From assembly GCA_035193785.1 (NCBI GenBank), contig CP136572.1, positions 5,108,578 to 5,172,577 on the forward strand: a DNA stretch of 64,000 nucleotides. The letters run 5' to 3'. A model generated the notes under the pieces. That model was not told where the DNA came from and did no database searches. It saw only the letters and a list, made by a program, of their open reading frames with translations. Shown here in pieces: positions 47,465 through 59,803 of this stretch. Origin of the DNA: Planktothrix sp. GU0601_MAG3 (GTDB lineage Bacteria > Cyanobacteriota > Cyanobacteriia > Cyanobacteriales > Microcoleaceae). Made by a program: the position numbers and the translations under genes. Position 1 is the stretch's first letter. Every line of letters starts with the position of its first letter.

Positions 47465-48331
47465 TTAGAACTGGAGTTCTTGTAATAACCAAAATCCGGC
47501 AAAAGATTCGGAATTGGGGTCAGATTGAACCGCTAAAAAATGTACATTTTTGGCTTTTTGTTTGGTGAGTTCAAAATTTTGGGCTTCCGTTTGGGTTTTA
47601 CTATCGGGTAAATTGGCTAAAATCCAACTTTCATTTTCTCCAGTTTCTAATAATAAATTGGGACGGGAATCCCCATCTAATCGTAAATAAGCTAACTCTA
47701 ATCCCGACATCCAAGCCGCTAAGGGAGTAGCCCGAGAGGAATAAATAATTAACCCAGGAATTGGGGTTTCTGGAGTTAACCCAACCATCGCTAATCCGAA
47801 GGCTTCACCAAAGCTAATATCCCATTCTGAAAGGTCAGAAAAAGCACTAGCTTCTAAGGTCACAAAAGCCCATTTATCCCCCTGCAAAGCATCAGGAAGG
47901 GGCTGGGGTTGGGACTCCATAAATTGAACCGAAGGATTAGCCCCCGCTTGATAATTTTCCAAGGTGGGATAATAGGTTTCTATGCGTTCATTTAACCATT
48001 GATAAAGAGCATAGGTACGCCGACTTGCAGAAGCAGGAATTGCCAATTCTTTACAGGATTTAGAAATCATATTCGCCATCGGACGACGGAAAAAGCGAAT
48101 CCGAGAGGGGGGCGTGGGAGCAGTGGCGATCGCATTTTCAATCGCCTCTTTTAGCCAAATTGAATTGACCTGGTTGCTGGGGCAAAACTGGGTATAGCGA
48201 AACATTCTCTCGGCGCTATCTTCAATATTGAGCGGGGTTTCACAGATTAAGACTTCCCAAACTTTCTTCCCTTCTTCGTCCCGCAGGGGGCGGCTATAAA
48301 AATCGAGTTCCCAAATAGTTGATTTCATCAA
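47465..48331 (-). CDS. Tab2/Atab2 family RNA-binding protein (DUF1092)
   Basis: WELDFYSRP...KKVWE and HFLAVQ...FAGFWLL motifs. Confidence 0.88.
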   Translation of the reverse strand: MMKSTIWELDFYSRPLRDEEGKKVWEVLICETPLNIEDSAERMFRYTQFCPSNQVNSIWLKEAIENAIATAPTPPSRIRFFRRPMANMISKSCKELAIPASASRRTYALYQWLNERIETYYPTLENYQAGANPSVQFMESQPQPLPDALQGDKWAFVTLEASAFSDLSEWDISFGEAFGLAMVGLTPETPIPGLIIYSSRATPLAAWMSGLELAYLRLDGDSRPNLLLETGENESWILANLPDSKTQTEAQNFELTKQKAKNVHFLAVQSDPNSESFAGFWLLQELQF

Positions 48332-48429
48332 TGACTAGATTTTGTGGGTAATTAACATCTCAAAATAAATCCTACCAGCAATTAGGGTTAAGCTGCGGCT
48401 AGTAATTTATTTTTCAGGGATAAACTCAG

Positions 48430-50255
48430 CTATTCAATCCTTAAATTAAACGGTAAACGGGTATAAATTCCCTTCGGGTCATTCATTTCTTTAAGCATCA
48501 ATAATTCCTCTTGGAGTCTGAGAAATTCCCGGGTGAGGGGATCAACCGGAGTCGGCATTTTCGTGAGGTTATCTCCGGCTAAATTCTCTAAAATTCGTTC
48601 TTCTAATGTCCGAGGTTTAGCGGGTTTCTTTGAGTGTCCAATCCTCTCCTAAATTGGCTTTTTTAGCCGCCGCCGCGATCGCCGCATCTAACCCCCCAAT
48701 TTCATCAACTAACCCTAACTGTTTAGCCTGGGCACCCGACCAAACTCGCCCTTGGGCAATTTCTTGAACCTTATTTTTAGGTAACTGGCGACGGGTGGCT
48801 ACATTAGAAATAAAGCGATCATAAATTAGGTTAACCACCTTTTGTAACCGGGCTAATTCCTCGGGACTTTTCGGCCGACTATTAGTTTGAATATCCGCAA
48901 ACTTACCGGTTTTGACAATATCCCAGGTAATCCCATTTTTACTAGCAATATCTTGAATATTAAACAGTAATCCAAACACCCCAATTGATCCGGTTACGGT
49001 ATTAGCTTGGGCAAAAATTTGATCCCCACCCATGGCAATCCAATATCCCCCGGAGGCGGCAAAATTTCCCATAGAAACTATCACAGGTTTTTGTTTTTTG
49101 ATTAGATCTACTTCCCGTCCAATCACTTCCGAAGCCGTGGCACTGCCCCCGGGACTATTAACCCGTAAAACCACTGCTTTTACCTCTTCATCTAAGCGTA
49201 ATTTTCTTAATTCCTTAGCTAATCGATCGCCCCCAATTTGGCTAGAAGTTCCCCTTCCATCAACAATTTCGCCTTCAGCATAGATGATAGCAATTTTATT
49301 TTTACTATTCTGATTACCATTATTAATATCAGCAACATCAGGAATTTTGGAATAATAATTAATACTAACTTGCCGAAATTGTTGATTTTTTTCCTTAGAT
49401 TCCCCGGTCATTTTTTTAAAGTCGGTAATCACTTCATCACTATAGGCAACCTGATCAACTAATTTTCCCTTTAACGCCATATCCGCTAATAAAATCCCTT
49501 CGGTATTAGAAAATGCTTGCAATTGTTGGGGTGTTACCTTGCGACTCGGTGCAATAGTTCTTAACCATTCTCCCCATAAATCTCCTAAGAGTTTCTGAGT
49601 TTGTTCTCGATTTTCTGGACTTAATTTTTTTAGTAAAAAGGGTTCAACGGCTGCCTTATATTTCCCCACCCGAATCACCTGCACCCCAACACCATATTTT
49701 TCTAAAGCCCCGGTTAAAAACATGACTTGGGAACTTAACCCTTTAATGTCTAAAGAAACCCAAGGGATTAATTACTACTTGATTCGCAACGGAAGCCAAA
49801 TAATATTCGGGTGCTGTCCAATCAATATCATAGGCAATAATTGTTTTTCCACTCTGTTTAAATCGTTGTAGGGCTTGACGAATTTCTTTTAAATTAGCTA
49901 ATCCCGTAGTAATGGGAGTATTAGTTCCTTGTAAATAAATGGCAACAATTTTATCATCTTTACTAGCTTGATCAATTGTTTGAACTAAAGTTCTTAACTG
50001 AATTGAAGTCGGACTATCTTCTGATAAAATTTCCTGTAGGGCTTCAGAGGTTGAGGGATTGGGCCCCGTATCACTCACACTCAAGGATAGGTCAAAAACT
50101 AAAACGGATTTATCCTTAACTAAGGGCCCAGACTCTTGATTTGCCATCATAATCACTAGGAAAATTAATCCTCCAATGCCCAGAGTGGTAGTTAAAACCA
50201 GTCCAATTAAGTTTCCTAATAAACTGGCAAATGTAAATTTGAGAAAATCTTTCAT
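48430..50255 (-). CDS. sppA: Signal peptide peptidase SppA (67K type); frameshifts near 49755 and 48625
   Basis: YYLAS, VGKYK, RVNSPGG, AASGGY, GSIGV and GRVWSG motifs. Confidence 0.92.
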
Positions 50256-50300
50256 ATTACGAATTAATAAAGGGGATAATCTAATTTAATCGCACGGGGT

Positions 50301-51335
50301 TTAGGATTTGGGTTTCAGGGCTCCTGATGTTTGTAAATGATTTAGAGTACGGTTATTGGTACAAAATAGCACGGTGATCAATTCTGCTTTTAAAATCTCT
50401 ACTAGAGTATAGACTGCTGCTTCCGATTCGGCGGCGGCTTGCAAAAATGGCCAGGCAAACCCGGCTAAATTCGCACCCAGGGCGATCGCTTTGGCCCCAT
50501 CTAAACCACTGCGTAACCCCCCCGAAGCAATTAGGGGAATATCGGGGAACACTTCTCGAATACTGGTGATACAATCGGCCGTGGGTATGCCCCAATTGGC
50601 GAAGGTTTCCCCTAGACGACGCTGTAGGGGGTCTTGGGCGCGTTCTCCTTCGATTTTAGCCCAGGAGGTTCCCCCCGCGCCTGCCACGTCAATAGCGGCC
50701 ACTCCTGCCTCGATTAATCGTTTGGCCATGACGGCATCAATCCCATTTCCGACCTCTTTGGCAATCACCGGAACGGGAAGTTGAGCACATAACTTTTCTA
50801 TTTTAGGGAATAATCCTTTAAAATTGGTATCTCCCTCGGTTTGAATACATTCTTGTAAAGGATTGAGGTGCAAAATTAAGGCATCGGCTTCTAATAAGTC
50901 AATGGTTTTTAAACACTGTTCTAAACCATATTCATAGTTTAATTGAACGGCTCCTAAATTGGCAAAGAGTAAAATATTAGGGGCGAGCGATCGCACGGCA
51001 AAAGTATTAGCCACATCGGGATTTTCCACCGCGACCCGTTGGGAACCGACTCCCATAGCAATCTGATAATGTTCAGCCACGGCGGCTAACCGACAATTAA
51101 TTAATTTTGCCTGTTCTGTGCCTCCAGTCATGGAGGAAATTAACAGGGGTGCTCCTAATATTTTACCTAAAAATGATGTGCTGATATCAATTTCGCTACG
51201 GTTCAAATCGGGTAAACAACAATGGGTAAAGTCATAACGTTCTAACCCCGTTGTTTGTCGAAACTGCACATCTTCTTCTAAACAAATTCTTAGGTGATCG
51301 GCTTTGCGGTTTTCAATTTGACGGGAAGACACCAT
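50301..51335 (-). CDS. fni: Type 2 isopentenyl-diphosphate isomerase
   Basis: RKADHL, MTGG, NPLQE, KEVGNG and GAGGTSW motifs. The ORF-track extension to 51488 runs through repeats. Confidence 0.93.
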   Translation of the reverse strand: MVSSRQIENRKADHLRICLEEDVQFRQTTGLERYDFTHCCLPDLNRSEIDISTSFLGKILGAPLLISSMTGGTEQAKLINCRLAAVAEHYQIAMGVGSQRVAVENPDVANTFAVRSLAPNILLFANLGAVQLNYEYGLEQCLKTIDLLEADALILHLNPLQECIQTEGDTNFKGLFPKIEKLCAQLPVPVIAKEVGNGIDAVMAKRLIEAGVAAIDVAGAGGTSWAKIEGERAQDPLQRRLGETFANWGIPTADCITSIREVFPDIPLIASGGLRSGLDGAKAIALGANLAGFAWPFLQAAAESEAAVYTLVEILKAELITVLFCTNNRTLNHLQTSGALKPKS

Positions 51336-51391
51336 ATCAGTTATAGAGCTAGGGAACAGGGAATGGGGAATGGGGAATGGGTAATAAACTG

Positions 51392-51419
51392 GTACAGACG
51401 CGCCATGGCACGTCTCTAC
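51392..51419. repeat. REP-like palindrome
   Basis: gtacagacgcgccatggcacgtctctac, the reverse complement of the 22427 copy with one mismatch. Confidence 0.75.
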
Positions 51420-51432
51420 ACTGATGACTGAA

Positions 51433-52324
51433 TTACGAGCGTCGAATGTTAAAACAACACCAGTCTTGACGACGCCAGAGGGTAGCAACGACCCAGCCCT
51501 GTTGTTCTAAAGCATCTGCAATTGGTTTAGCTTGATCCATTAAAATTCCACTTAAAATCGCCCAAGTATTTTTCTTGGATATGGCGTTAAATTGAGGAAT
51601 TAAATCAATAATTACTTCTGCTAAAATATTACAAACAATTCCATCTACCGGGTATTCTACTGCTTGAATTACCTGCTCAATACTGCCGTCTTGAATATTA
51701 ATTCTTTCCGGTGAAATTTGGTTTAATTCGCAATTTTCGTAAGTTGAACGAGTCGCTAAGGGATCATTATCCACCGCATAAACCTTAGAAGCTCCTAATA
51801 AAATTGCCCCAATCGATAAAATACCGGAACCACAACCAATATCTGCAATTACCGGTTGGTTTTGTTCTCCGCTTAATCGCATTTCCAAAGATTCTAAACA
51901 CAGTTGAGTTGTGGCGTGGGTTCCGGTTCCAAAGGCAACCCCAGGATCTAAACGTAATAGAATGCGATCGGGATTTTCCGGCAATTCTAACCAAGCCGGG
52001 TAAACTAAAAAGCGATCGCCAATTGGTGTCGGTTTCCCAATATTGTTTCCAACTACTTGACCAGTCCTGTTCATCAATCAAATCCCAAGTCACCGCCGGA
52101 ATTGGCATTTCTAAACACAAAGCATCTTGACGTAATAATAAAGCCAGGGCTGCTAAATCGAGTAAATGCGCTTTTTCTTCGGGGAGATAGGCTGATAACA
52201 AGCAGGAATTATTCTTTATTTGACTCGCTGTTCCTCGACAACCAAATGCTTCCATACGCCAAAAAACGGCATCTTCTAGCATCGGATCACACAATACTTT
52301 AATTTCCCACCAACTATTAGCCAT
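51433..52324 (-). CDS. prmA: Ribosomal protein L11 methyltransferase; frameshift near 52033
   Basis: [23 protein letters not shown] and NILA motifs. Confidence 0.93.
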
Positions 52325-52325
52325 A

Positions 52326-52783
52326 ATCAGTAATCAGTAATCAGTTATCAGTCATCAGTTAGCAGTTATTAGTCATCAGTTATCAGTTAACAGTGTAAGA
52401 GGTATCAGTGATTAGTTGACAGTAAAGAATTCATTGTTAATAGTTAATATTTGTAAGCCAAAAACCGTTAACTGCTAACTGTTAACTGCTAACTGTTAAC
52501 TGCTAACTGCTAACTGTTAACTATAAACTGTTAACTGTTAACTGCTAACTGTTAACTATAAACTGCTAACTATAAACTGCTAACTGCTAACTGTTAACCG
52601 TTAACTATAAACTGTTAACTGTTAACTATAAACTGCTAACTGCTAACTGCTAACTATAAACTGTTAACTGCTAACTGTTAACTGCTAACTGCTAACTGCT
52701 AACTATAAACTGTTAACTGCTAACTGTTAACTATAAACTGTTAACTATAAACTGATAACTGTTAACTGATAACTGTTAACTGA
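52326..52783. repeat. Long heptamer STRR-type region: (CAGTTAT)-type units, then an oppositely oriented array of CTGTTAA/CTGCTAA/CTATAAA/CTGATAA units
   Basis: About 45 units in 52466-52783 seen directly in the sequence. Confidence 0.92.
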
Positions 52784-54367
52784 TTAAAGCGTTACGGTGT
52801 AGGCATCGCGGATGCCAGAGACCTTAATAATTTCCGCCAGAATACCTTCAGGTAACGGATCATCAAGACTCAAAACCATAACGGCTTCACCCCGAACAAT
52901 TTTACGTCCGACCTGCATACTGGCAATATTGACATTAAAGCTGCCCAAAAGTGAGCCAATGTTACCAATAATTCCCGGCACATCCCGGTGGAGGGTAAAC
53001 AACATATAGCGGGTGGGAGGCACGTTAATGGGGAAATCGTCCACACTGGTGATCCGAATTTCGTGATCGCCTAATAGGGCTCCCGTCACCGAGTGAGTTC
53101 CTAAACTCCCCTTAGCTTCCAAATGCAGCGATCCCGTATAGTCCATCAAGGAAGCATCCCTGGTTTCAATCACTCGAATACCCCGTTCCTTGGCCTCAAT
53201 ACTGGCGTTCACATAGTTAACCCGCTCCCGTAAGGCTTGGGACAGTAACCCTTTGAGAGAAGCCACAACTACGGCTTGGCTGTTGCTTCCGGCCAGTTCC
53301 CCTTGTAAACGCACATCCAGAAAATCTATCCGTCCCCCAGCTAACTGACCCACCATGTTCCCCAGGGTTTCCGCCAATTGTAGATAGGGTTTGAGTTTTT
53401 CCAAGACATCGGGGTATAACCCAGGAATATTCACCGCAGAGCGGGCTGGCAGGCCCAGTAAGACGTCCCGAATTTGTTCAGCGACATCGATCGCCACATT
53501 GACTTGAGCTTCCTCCGTAGAGGCTCCCAGGTGAGGAGTCAGAACAATTTTAGACCCCAATTCCCGCAGGGGAGAATCCGCCTCTAGGGGTTCATTTTCA
53601 AAGACATCTAAAGCCGCTCCAGCAATTTGGTTATTCCGCAGGGCTTCGGCTAAGGCTGCTTCATCAATCACACCGCCCCTAGCGCAGTTAATTAGGCGGG
53701 CGGTGGGCTTCATCTTAGCGAAGACTTCCGCATTAAACAGATGATAAGTTTCTTTGGTTTTGGGGATATGCAGGGTCATGTAATCGGACTCCCGAATTAA
53801 CATATCCAAGTCCACCAACCGACAACCAATTTGATCCGCCCGTTCTTGGGATATAAAGGGATCATAGGCCAAAAGTTTCATCCCCATTGCCTTAGCCACC
53901 GCCGCGACGTGGGAGCCAATCTTACCCAAACCCACAATTCCCAGGGTTTTCTTGTAAACTTCCACGCCGACAAAGCTTTTTCTATCCCACTGTCCACTTC
54001 TGACCGACTGGTTAGCATCGGGAATGTAGCGAGACATCGACATCATCATTGCCAAGGCGTGTTCAGCAGCCGCAATGGTGTTACCTTGTGGAGAGTTGAC
54101 GACAACAATACCTTTGCGCGTAGCGGCGGGAATGTCCACGTTATCAACACCGACACCCGCCCGACCAATAATTTTTAAGTTATCAGCGGCTTCAATAATT
54201 TCTTGGGTTACACGAGTTCCAGACCGGATCATCAAAGCATCATACTCTGGGATAATCCGCACCAGTTCTTCTGGGGGTAAACCTATTTTGACATCCACCT
54301 GAGCGACTTGGGACAGGATGTCTATACCAACTTGGTCAATAGAATCGGAGACAAGAACCTTAGACAT
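52784..54367 (-). CDS. serA: D-3-phosphoglycerate dehydrogenase
   Basis: [27 protein letters not shown] and a C-terminal ACT domain. Confidence 0.97.
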   Translation of the reverse strand: MSKVLVSDSIDQVGIDILSQVAQVDVKIGLPPEELVRIIPEYDALMIRSGTRVTQEIIEAADNLKIIGRAGVGVDNVDIPAATRKGIVVVNSPQGNTIAAAEHALAMMMSMSRYIPDANQSVRSGQWDRKSFVGVEVYKKTLGIVGLGKIGSHVAAVAKAMGMKLLAYDPFISQERADQIGCRLVDLDMLIRESDYMTLHIPKTKETYHLFNAEVFAKMKPTARLINCARGGVIDEAALAEALRNNQIAGAALDVFENEPLEADSPLRELGSKIVLTPHLGASTEEAQVNVAIDVAEQIRDVLLGLPARSAVNIPGLYPDVLEKLKPYLQLAETLGNMVGQLAGGRIDFLDVRLQGELAGSNSQAVVVASLKGLLSQALRERVNYVNASIEAKERGIRVIETRDASLMDYTGSLHLEAKGSLGTHSVTGALLGDHEIRITSVDDFPINVPPTRYMLFTLHRDVPGIIGNIGSLLGSFNVNIASMQVGRKIVRGEAVMVLSLDDPLPEGILAEIIKVSGIRDAYTVTL

Positions 54368-54585
54368 GATTTAGGAAAATGGGTTGCAATTTTTCTGGAA
54401 ATGAAACACTACCCCCCGACAAAATCAGCTAGGGGGAAGTTCGGGAGAGGCTTCATTAGCTATTTTCTCTCCCAAATTAACGGTATTTGGCTTTTAAGTT
54501 ATACTCCATACTACTCCATAGGGAAAGCCGGATCAATCCATGTAGACTAACAATAGATTGATAGCCTATTCTGAACCTTGATCCT

Positions 54586-55101
54586 ATGAACTATCTTGTC
54601 ACTGTCCTGGCCGATCGCATTCAAGCAGAAACGGCCTATGTGGAATTAGAAAAAGAAGGTGTCCCGACCCCCCAAATCAGCATTTTAGGAAAAGGTTATA
54701 AAACCGCCGATGAATTCGGTTTGATTGACCCGAATGAAAGTGCCATTAAACAAGTGAAATTGATGGCAACTTGGTTAATTCCCTTTGGATTTGTTTCGGG
54801 TTTTAGCTTTAGTTTAATTACGGGATTAGAAACCTTTGCCTGGGCGGGAATTCTGGGAAATCATTTAATCGGTGCAGTTCTCGGTGGCATTTCGGGGGGG
54901 TTAGGGAGTATTTTGGCCGGGGGCGGAGTGGGATTAATTATTGGTGGCGGCGATGCCTTACCCTACCGTAACCGCCTGAATGCGGGAAAATATTTAGTTG
55001 TGGTCACGGGTTCGGAAACCTTAATGCGGAAAGCCAATCGGATTTTAAGAGACTTAGAACCGGAAAATATTCAAGGTTATACCGTTGGTGAAAATGAATA
55101 A
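54586..55101 (+). CDS. Conserved cyanobacterial membrane protein
   Basis: Gly-rich TM hairpin and DALPYRNRLNAGKYL motif. Confidence 0.7.
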   Translation: MNYLVTVLADRIQAETAYVELEKEGVPTPQISILGKGYKTADEFGLIDPNESAIKQVKLMATWLIPFGFVSGFSFSLITGLETFAWAGILGNHLIGAVLGGISGGLGSILAGGGVGLIIGGGDALPYRNRLNAGKYLVVVTGSETLMRKANRILRDLEPENIQGYTVGENE

Positions 55102-55259
55102 TTAAAAAGGGTAGAATTAATCATTGAATCCATCCCTTTTATTCCTAGGTATTTTTAATCATTTGAGGGTAAAACTCCTAAAAATTTACCCCGATTTTAT
55201 TGAAAATGCTATGATGATTGTAGCACAAATTTTCATCTTCCCTCACCTAAAATCCCCTA

Positions 55260-56040
55260 ATGTTACCCAGAGAAGAACTCCTAAAAGGTATCGAAAATCG
55301 AGATAGTATAGCCCGGGTGATAGACTTAGCGGAACAGGCTCTAAAAACCTGGGAAATTACCCTAACAGATTTCCTTTCTCCCCCGGAACTCGCCGAGTCG
55401 GAAAGGGTGTTTAGCCGATTAACAGAAGTACAAATACTCCCCTGGGGCGGCTACCCCCAAGCGGAACGCCAACGGTTAGGAATTGCTCGATCTGAACTTC
55501 CGCTTGATGAAACTCAAGTTAGCGTTGTTGTTTTAGAAATATCGGGTAATTTTCTCTTTGATCCCGCCACCCATCGAGACTTTTTAGGAGCCATGTTAGG
55601 GACAGGAATTGTCAGGGATAAAACCGGGGATATTATTGTTTTGGGAGAACGGGGTGCCCAAACAATTGTTACTCCAGAATTGGCGGATTTCTTAGAGTTA
55701 AATCTAACTCAAGTCCGGTCTGTTTCCGGTGAAAACTCGACGGATTGATCCGGGGGAATTAAAGGTTAGAGAACCCAAGAAGAAAGAGTTAACCACGGTG
55801 GAAGCTTCCCTGCGGTTAGATGCGATCGCCTCTGCTGGATTTGGGATGTCTCGGAGCAAAATGGTGAGTTTAATTGATGGGGGAGATGTGCGGGTGAATT
55901 GGAAGGAAATCACCCAGGCAAGTTATCAATTAAAATCGGGAGATTTAATTGCTATTCGGGGAAAAGGACGTTTAGAAGTTAAAGATATGGCTATTACTAA
56001 AAAACAGCGTTATCGGGTTGAATTAATCCGCTATCAATAA
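55260..56040 (+). CDS. Photosystem II S4-domain protein (YlmH/Sll1252-like); frameshift near 55723
   Basis: TDFLSP, GGYPQAER, HRDFLG, SLRLDAI and RGKGR motifs. Confidence 0.88.
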
Positions 56041-56077
56041 TCATTTTATACTGGATAAGTTCAGGAGAATATTAGTA

Positions 56078-57415
56078 ATGGTAAGACTTTATCAGCAATC
56101 GTTTGAAATTTTAAAAACAGAATTGCAAAAAAAAGCCAAAAAGGATTTAGTCGGGGAAGTTGGGGCGGGAATTATTCTGAAACGCTTGGAGAAATTGCGA
56201 TCGCAGCCAGGAGAACCCCTGACTTTAGAGGAATTACAAAACTTGGTTTCCGATCAATTTCCTGACTTTAATCAATCGGTTTTAAAGCAAGCTGCAAAAG
56301 CTAATCGTCCCCCGGGAATCTGGCCGATAATGGCTTTAGGTACGGCTATTCTCGGGGGATTTGTGGGACTTGTAGCTGTAGCTAATTTACCCTATCCGAT
56401 GATTCGTTTGCCCGTGGCTAAAACCGTGCCAATTTTATTAATTCCCAGTTATATTAGTATGGATTATAACTATCGACAAGCCCTGTCCTTAGTAGAACAA
56501 TCCGATCAATTAATTAATCAAGCTACAGCAATTACAGATATTGAGTTAGGCGTTGAAAAAGTAGAAAAATCCCAAAAACACCTTGACAAATTACCCGTTT
56601 GGTTTTTGGGTTATTATCCTCAAGCCTACTGTTCTTTTATGGGTTGTATTTGGCGATTTACCTTCGATGAATATGAAAGTGCCAGAAAGAATATTGGCCG
56701 GATGGAATCTAAAATTTTTCAAGAACAAAATGCTTATAAAGAATATATAGAAACCGAACAATTAATTAAGGAATCTCAAAATAATTTCTCCAAACTTACC
56801 CCAGGAAATGAACAACAACAGATGATTAACCTCTGGCAAAAAGCCATTGATAAATTAGATCAAATTCCCTCCCAAACCTTAGCCGGAAAATTAGCTAAAA
56901 AAGACTTAGAAACCGCGCAACGAGATTTTCAACAACAACTAGGATTTGTAGCCGGAAGTATTAAAGGAAATACCTTAATTGATGCGGCAATGCAATTTGG
57001 AATTCAAGCCGCTAAATCCTCTCAAAATCCGCCTCATACCTCCAAACAATGGGAACAAGTGATGAAATTATGGCAAGAAGCAATTCGTCGTTTAGAACAA
57101 GTTCCAACGGATAATCCCAGTTATTCAGATGCTCAGAAAAAATTAGCCGAATATCAATTCAATTTAGGGAGTTCCGAAAATCGGTTACAGGCAGAAAAAG
57201 ACGCGGTAGAATCCGTTAAACAGGCAAAAGCTGAGATTGCTAAATGGCAAACCTCAGCCCGTTCTAAAGAGCCTAATATTGGTTACTTAATTGGTCAATT
57301 AACTGATATTATTAGTATATTAGAACAGGTTCCCGCCGGGACAACGGTTAGTGCGGAAGCCCAAAAATTATTAGGATCAGCACGACATACCCGTGATAAG
57401 TTATATAATAACTAA
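56078..57415 (+). CDS. Hypothetical membrane-anchored helical-repeat protein
   Basis: One TM segment, NLPYPMIR motif and repeated W..AI..L..(I/V)P..T helices. Confidence 0.7.
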   Translation: MVRLYQQSFEILKTELQKKAKKDLVGEVGAGIILKRLEKLRSQPGEPLTLEELQNLVSDQFPDFNQSVLKQAAKANRPPGIWPIMALGTAILGGFVGLVAVANLPYPMIRLPVAKTVPILLIPSYISMDYNYRQALSLVEQSDQLINQATAITDIELGVEKVEKSQKHLDKLPVWFLGYYPQAYCSFMGCIWRFTFDEYESARKNIGRMESKIFQEQNAYKEYIETEQLIKESQNNFSKLTPGNEQQQMINLWQKAIDKLDQIPSQTLAGKLAKKDLETAQRDFQQQLGFVAGSIKGNTLIDAAMQFGIQAAKSSQNPPHTSKQWEQVMKLWQEAIRRLEQVPTDNPSYSDAQKKLAEYQFNLGSSENRLQAEKDAVESVKQAKAEIAKWQTSARSKEPNIGYLIGQLTDIISILEQVPAGTTVSAEAQKLLGSARHTRDKLYNN

Positions 57416-57467
57416 CTTGATATTTTGAAACTGTTCTGTCCTGAAAATCAATTAATTCTCTATAATT

Positions 57468-58563
57468 ATGACTCAAACACCACAAGATTCTGCCTCCTTT
57501 GTTTCCTCAACACCAGATCCATCAATAGATACGGCTAAATTAATACAATTATTACGGCGAAAAGAAGGCAATTGGGTGGGGTGGGGCGATGCCTGTGCTA
57601 AGTTACAAAAATCCGGTTATAATCCCCAACAAATTTTTGAAGAAACGGGTTTTGAGCCGATTCAACAAAATCAAGTAATTGTAGCAGGACAAGTTTTTAC
57701 CTCCTTAGTCAAAGGCAATTTATCCGAAGAAATTCAATCCTATTTCCAAAACCGAGGAAGCGATATTTTATATGAATTTCGTATCCTGAATCAAGAAGAA
57801 AGGGTGATAGCGACGGAATTTTCAGATCAACGCAAATTAGACGCGGATGAAGCCCGAGAATTAGCCAAGGCCATCAAAGAATTCTCTCGATTTTCAATTC
57901 TCCCCCCCGGTTTTTCCGATCATCCTGGGGATGCCTTAGCCTATCAAGCCTGGAAAGCTGCCCGACAACAACAAGATTTACAACAGCGATCGCGTTTAAT
58001 TGCGAAAGGATTAAAATATGCTCACTCCCAAACCGCCCGAGAAACCATAGAACAACTGTTAACAGATTTTTCGATTACCGCCAAAAAATCAGCGCCACGT
58101 TTACCCATTTATCGTTTAGAAACAGAAGAAGATCTACCCCGTTTAATTCCGGTCGCAGGGAAATTTCCCTTAACCACATCGGACTTTAAAGCCGTTCCTT
58201 TAATTGAAGAACTAGGGGAATTTCGGATTGTTAAATCATCAGGGAATGTAGCTTGGGTAGCGGTTTCCCGGGTGGCAAGTGGTCAGAAATGCGGAAGATC
58301 CCGTTGTAATTTTAGGAAATAGTGCCAATTTACCAAACCCCTTACCCGGTAAATCAGAACCGGTTTTAATCCTAATTGATCGCGCCCAACGGCAATGGGA
58401 TCTTGATTCTTATTTCTTAGTTGAAGAAGCCGAACATTTAGAAATGCAATGGTTTGATGAAACTCCTGCTATTAATTTACTAGGAAAATTAATTTTAATC
58501 ATGCGTCCTAAAAAGGTCTTAGATGAAGATCAAATCCATGATGTTTGGCAAATTGATGAATAA
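57468..58563 (+). CDS. raf1: RuBisCO accumulation factor 1; frameshift near 58264
   Basis: RRKEGNWV.WG, TGFEPIQQNQV, HPGDA, APRLP and RPKKVLDE...WQIDE motifs. Confidence 0.92.
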
Positions 58564-58671
58564 GAAAAATGGGTTAATATTCCCATGAAATTCATCAAAA
58601 CCAAAAGCAGTGCGAGCATCCTTGCTCGCTATTTACACCCAACAAATTCACCATTCACACCCAACAAATCC

Positions 58672-58920
58672 TAAAATCCGTGAAATCCGTGAAATCCTCT
58701 TAAATCCGCATCACGGATTAAACGGATTACGCAGATTAACACAGATTAAAATCCGTGAAATCCTCTTAAATCCGCATCACGGATTAAACGGATTACGCAG
58801 ATTAACACAGATTAAAATCCGTGAAATCCTCTTAAATCCGCATCACGGATTAAACGGATTACGCAGATTAACACAGATTAAAATCCGTGAAATCCGTGAA
58901 ATCCTCTTAAATCCGTGATC
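58672..58920. repeat. Tandem array of a 66-bp palindromic unit (3 copies plus a partial one)
   Basis: Units start at 58709, 58775 and 58841: CATCACGGATTAAACGGATTACGCAGATTAACACAGATTAAAATCCGTGAAATCCTCTTAAATCCG. Confidence 0.92.
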
Positions 58921-58921
58921 C

Positions 58922-59803
58922 CTATTTTATTCTATTATGACGATACCAACGATAACCATAAATTCCCCCTCCAATGATTAATAAATAGGGACTAAAAGCC
59001 AATAACCATAAAACCAATCCCACCAATAGCCAGGTAAATTCACCCATCGTATGAGTTGCTTTTCCCCAAGTTTCCTGCACTCTTAAACCCAGATTTTCCT
59101 GAGCCGGAGAGACAGAAACCAGCGATTCAATACTTAAATTAATCGTCGAATAAGCCACTTGATTTTGCAAATTTCTTAACTGAGCATCAATGCGTTCAAT
59201 GGATTCTCGAATGTTACTTAATTCATTAGCCGCCTTCAAAACATCCCCAACGGAACCCGAGCGCTCCATAATTTTTAATACCATTTCCTCCGATTTCCGT
59301 AAATTTCGCAGTCGCGCCTGGACATCGACTAATTGATCCGAAACATCCTCCGCCGTAATCATTTGATTTTCTACCGTTCCCAACTTTGCTAACGCATTTA
59401 AAGTGGTTTCTAAGCGCTGTTGGGGCACTCTAAATTCCAAATAAGCCGTTTGACGCTGACTATTATCCGGGGATTTTTGAGCCTCAAATTTCAAAATATC
59501 CCCTTGCTGTTTTTTAATAATTTCCGTAATTGATTCTGTGGTTTGATGAATTGATTGTACGATTAATGTTAATTGAGCGCGTTTAATCAGTTGGGATTGT
59601 TTTTTAGGTTCCGTGGTCGTAGGTTGCGGTGCAGAATTAGCCGTTTCCAGACTATCTGCTGTGGCTAAAGGTGCACTCGCGGGAGCAATCTGTTTAGCTT
59701 TATTCGCCTGAGCGCAACTCGATAAAGCTAAAATGGATACCATTAACCCTAAAAAAAATCTCAGCCTTAATCCAGTTCGAGAGCGAATTTGATCAGGATT
59801 CAT
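58922..59803 (-). CDS. DUF4349 family lipoprotein
   Basis: Lipobox LSSC, RVP, EDVSDQLVDVQARL, VAYSTI and a C-terminal TM segment. Confidence 0.85.
   Translation of the reverse strand: MNPDQIRSRTGLRLRFFLGLMVSILALSSCAQANKAKQIAPASAPLATADSLETANSAPQPTTTEPKKQSQLIKRAQLTLIVQSIHQTTESITEIIKKQQGDILKFEAQKSPDNSQRQTAYLEFRVPQQRLETTLNALAKLGTVENQMITAEDVSDQLVDVQARLRNLRKSEEMVLKIMERSGSVGDVLKAANELSNIRESIERIDAQLRNLQNQVAYSTINLSIESLVSVSPAQENLGLRVQETWGKATHTMGEFTWLLVGLVLWLLAFSPYLLIIGGGIYGYRWYRHNRIK

Noticed and set aside
58610..58918. 102-aa repeat protein in the ORF track
   Set aside because: It is simply the translation of the 66-bp DNA repeat. There is no independent sign that it is a gene.
58672..58920. CRISPR array
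   Set aside because: The units are contiguous near-identical 66-mers with no unique spacers, and there are no cas genes in the window.
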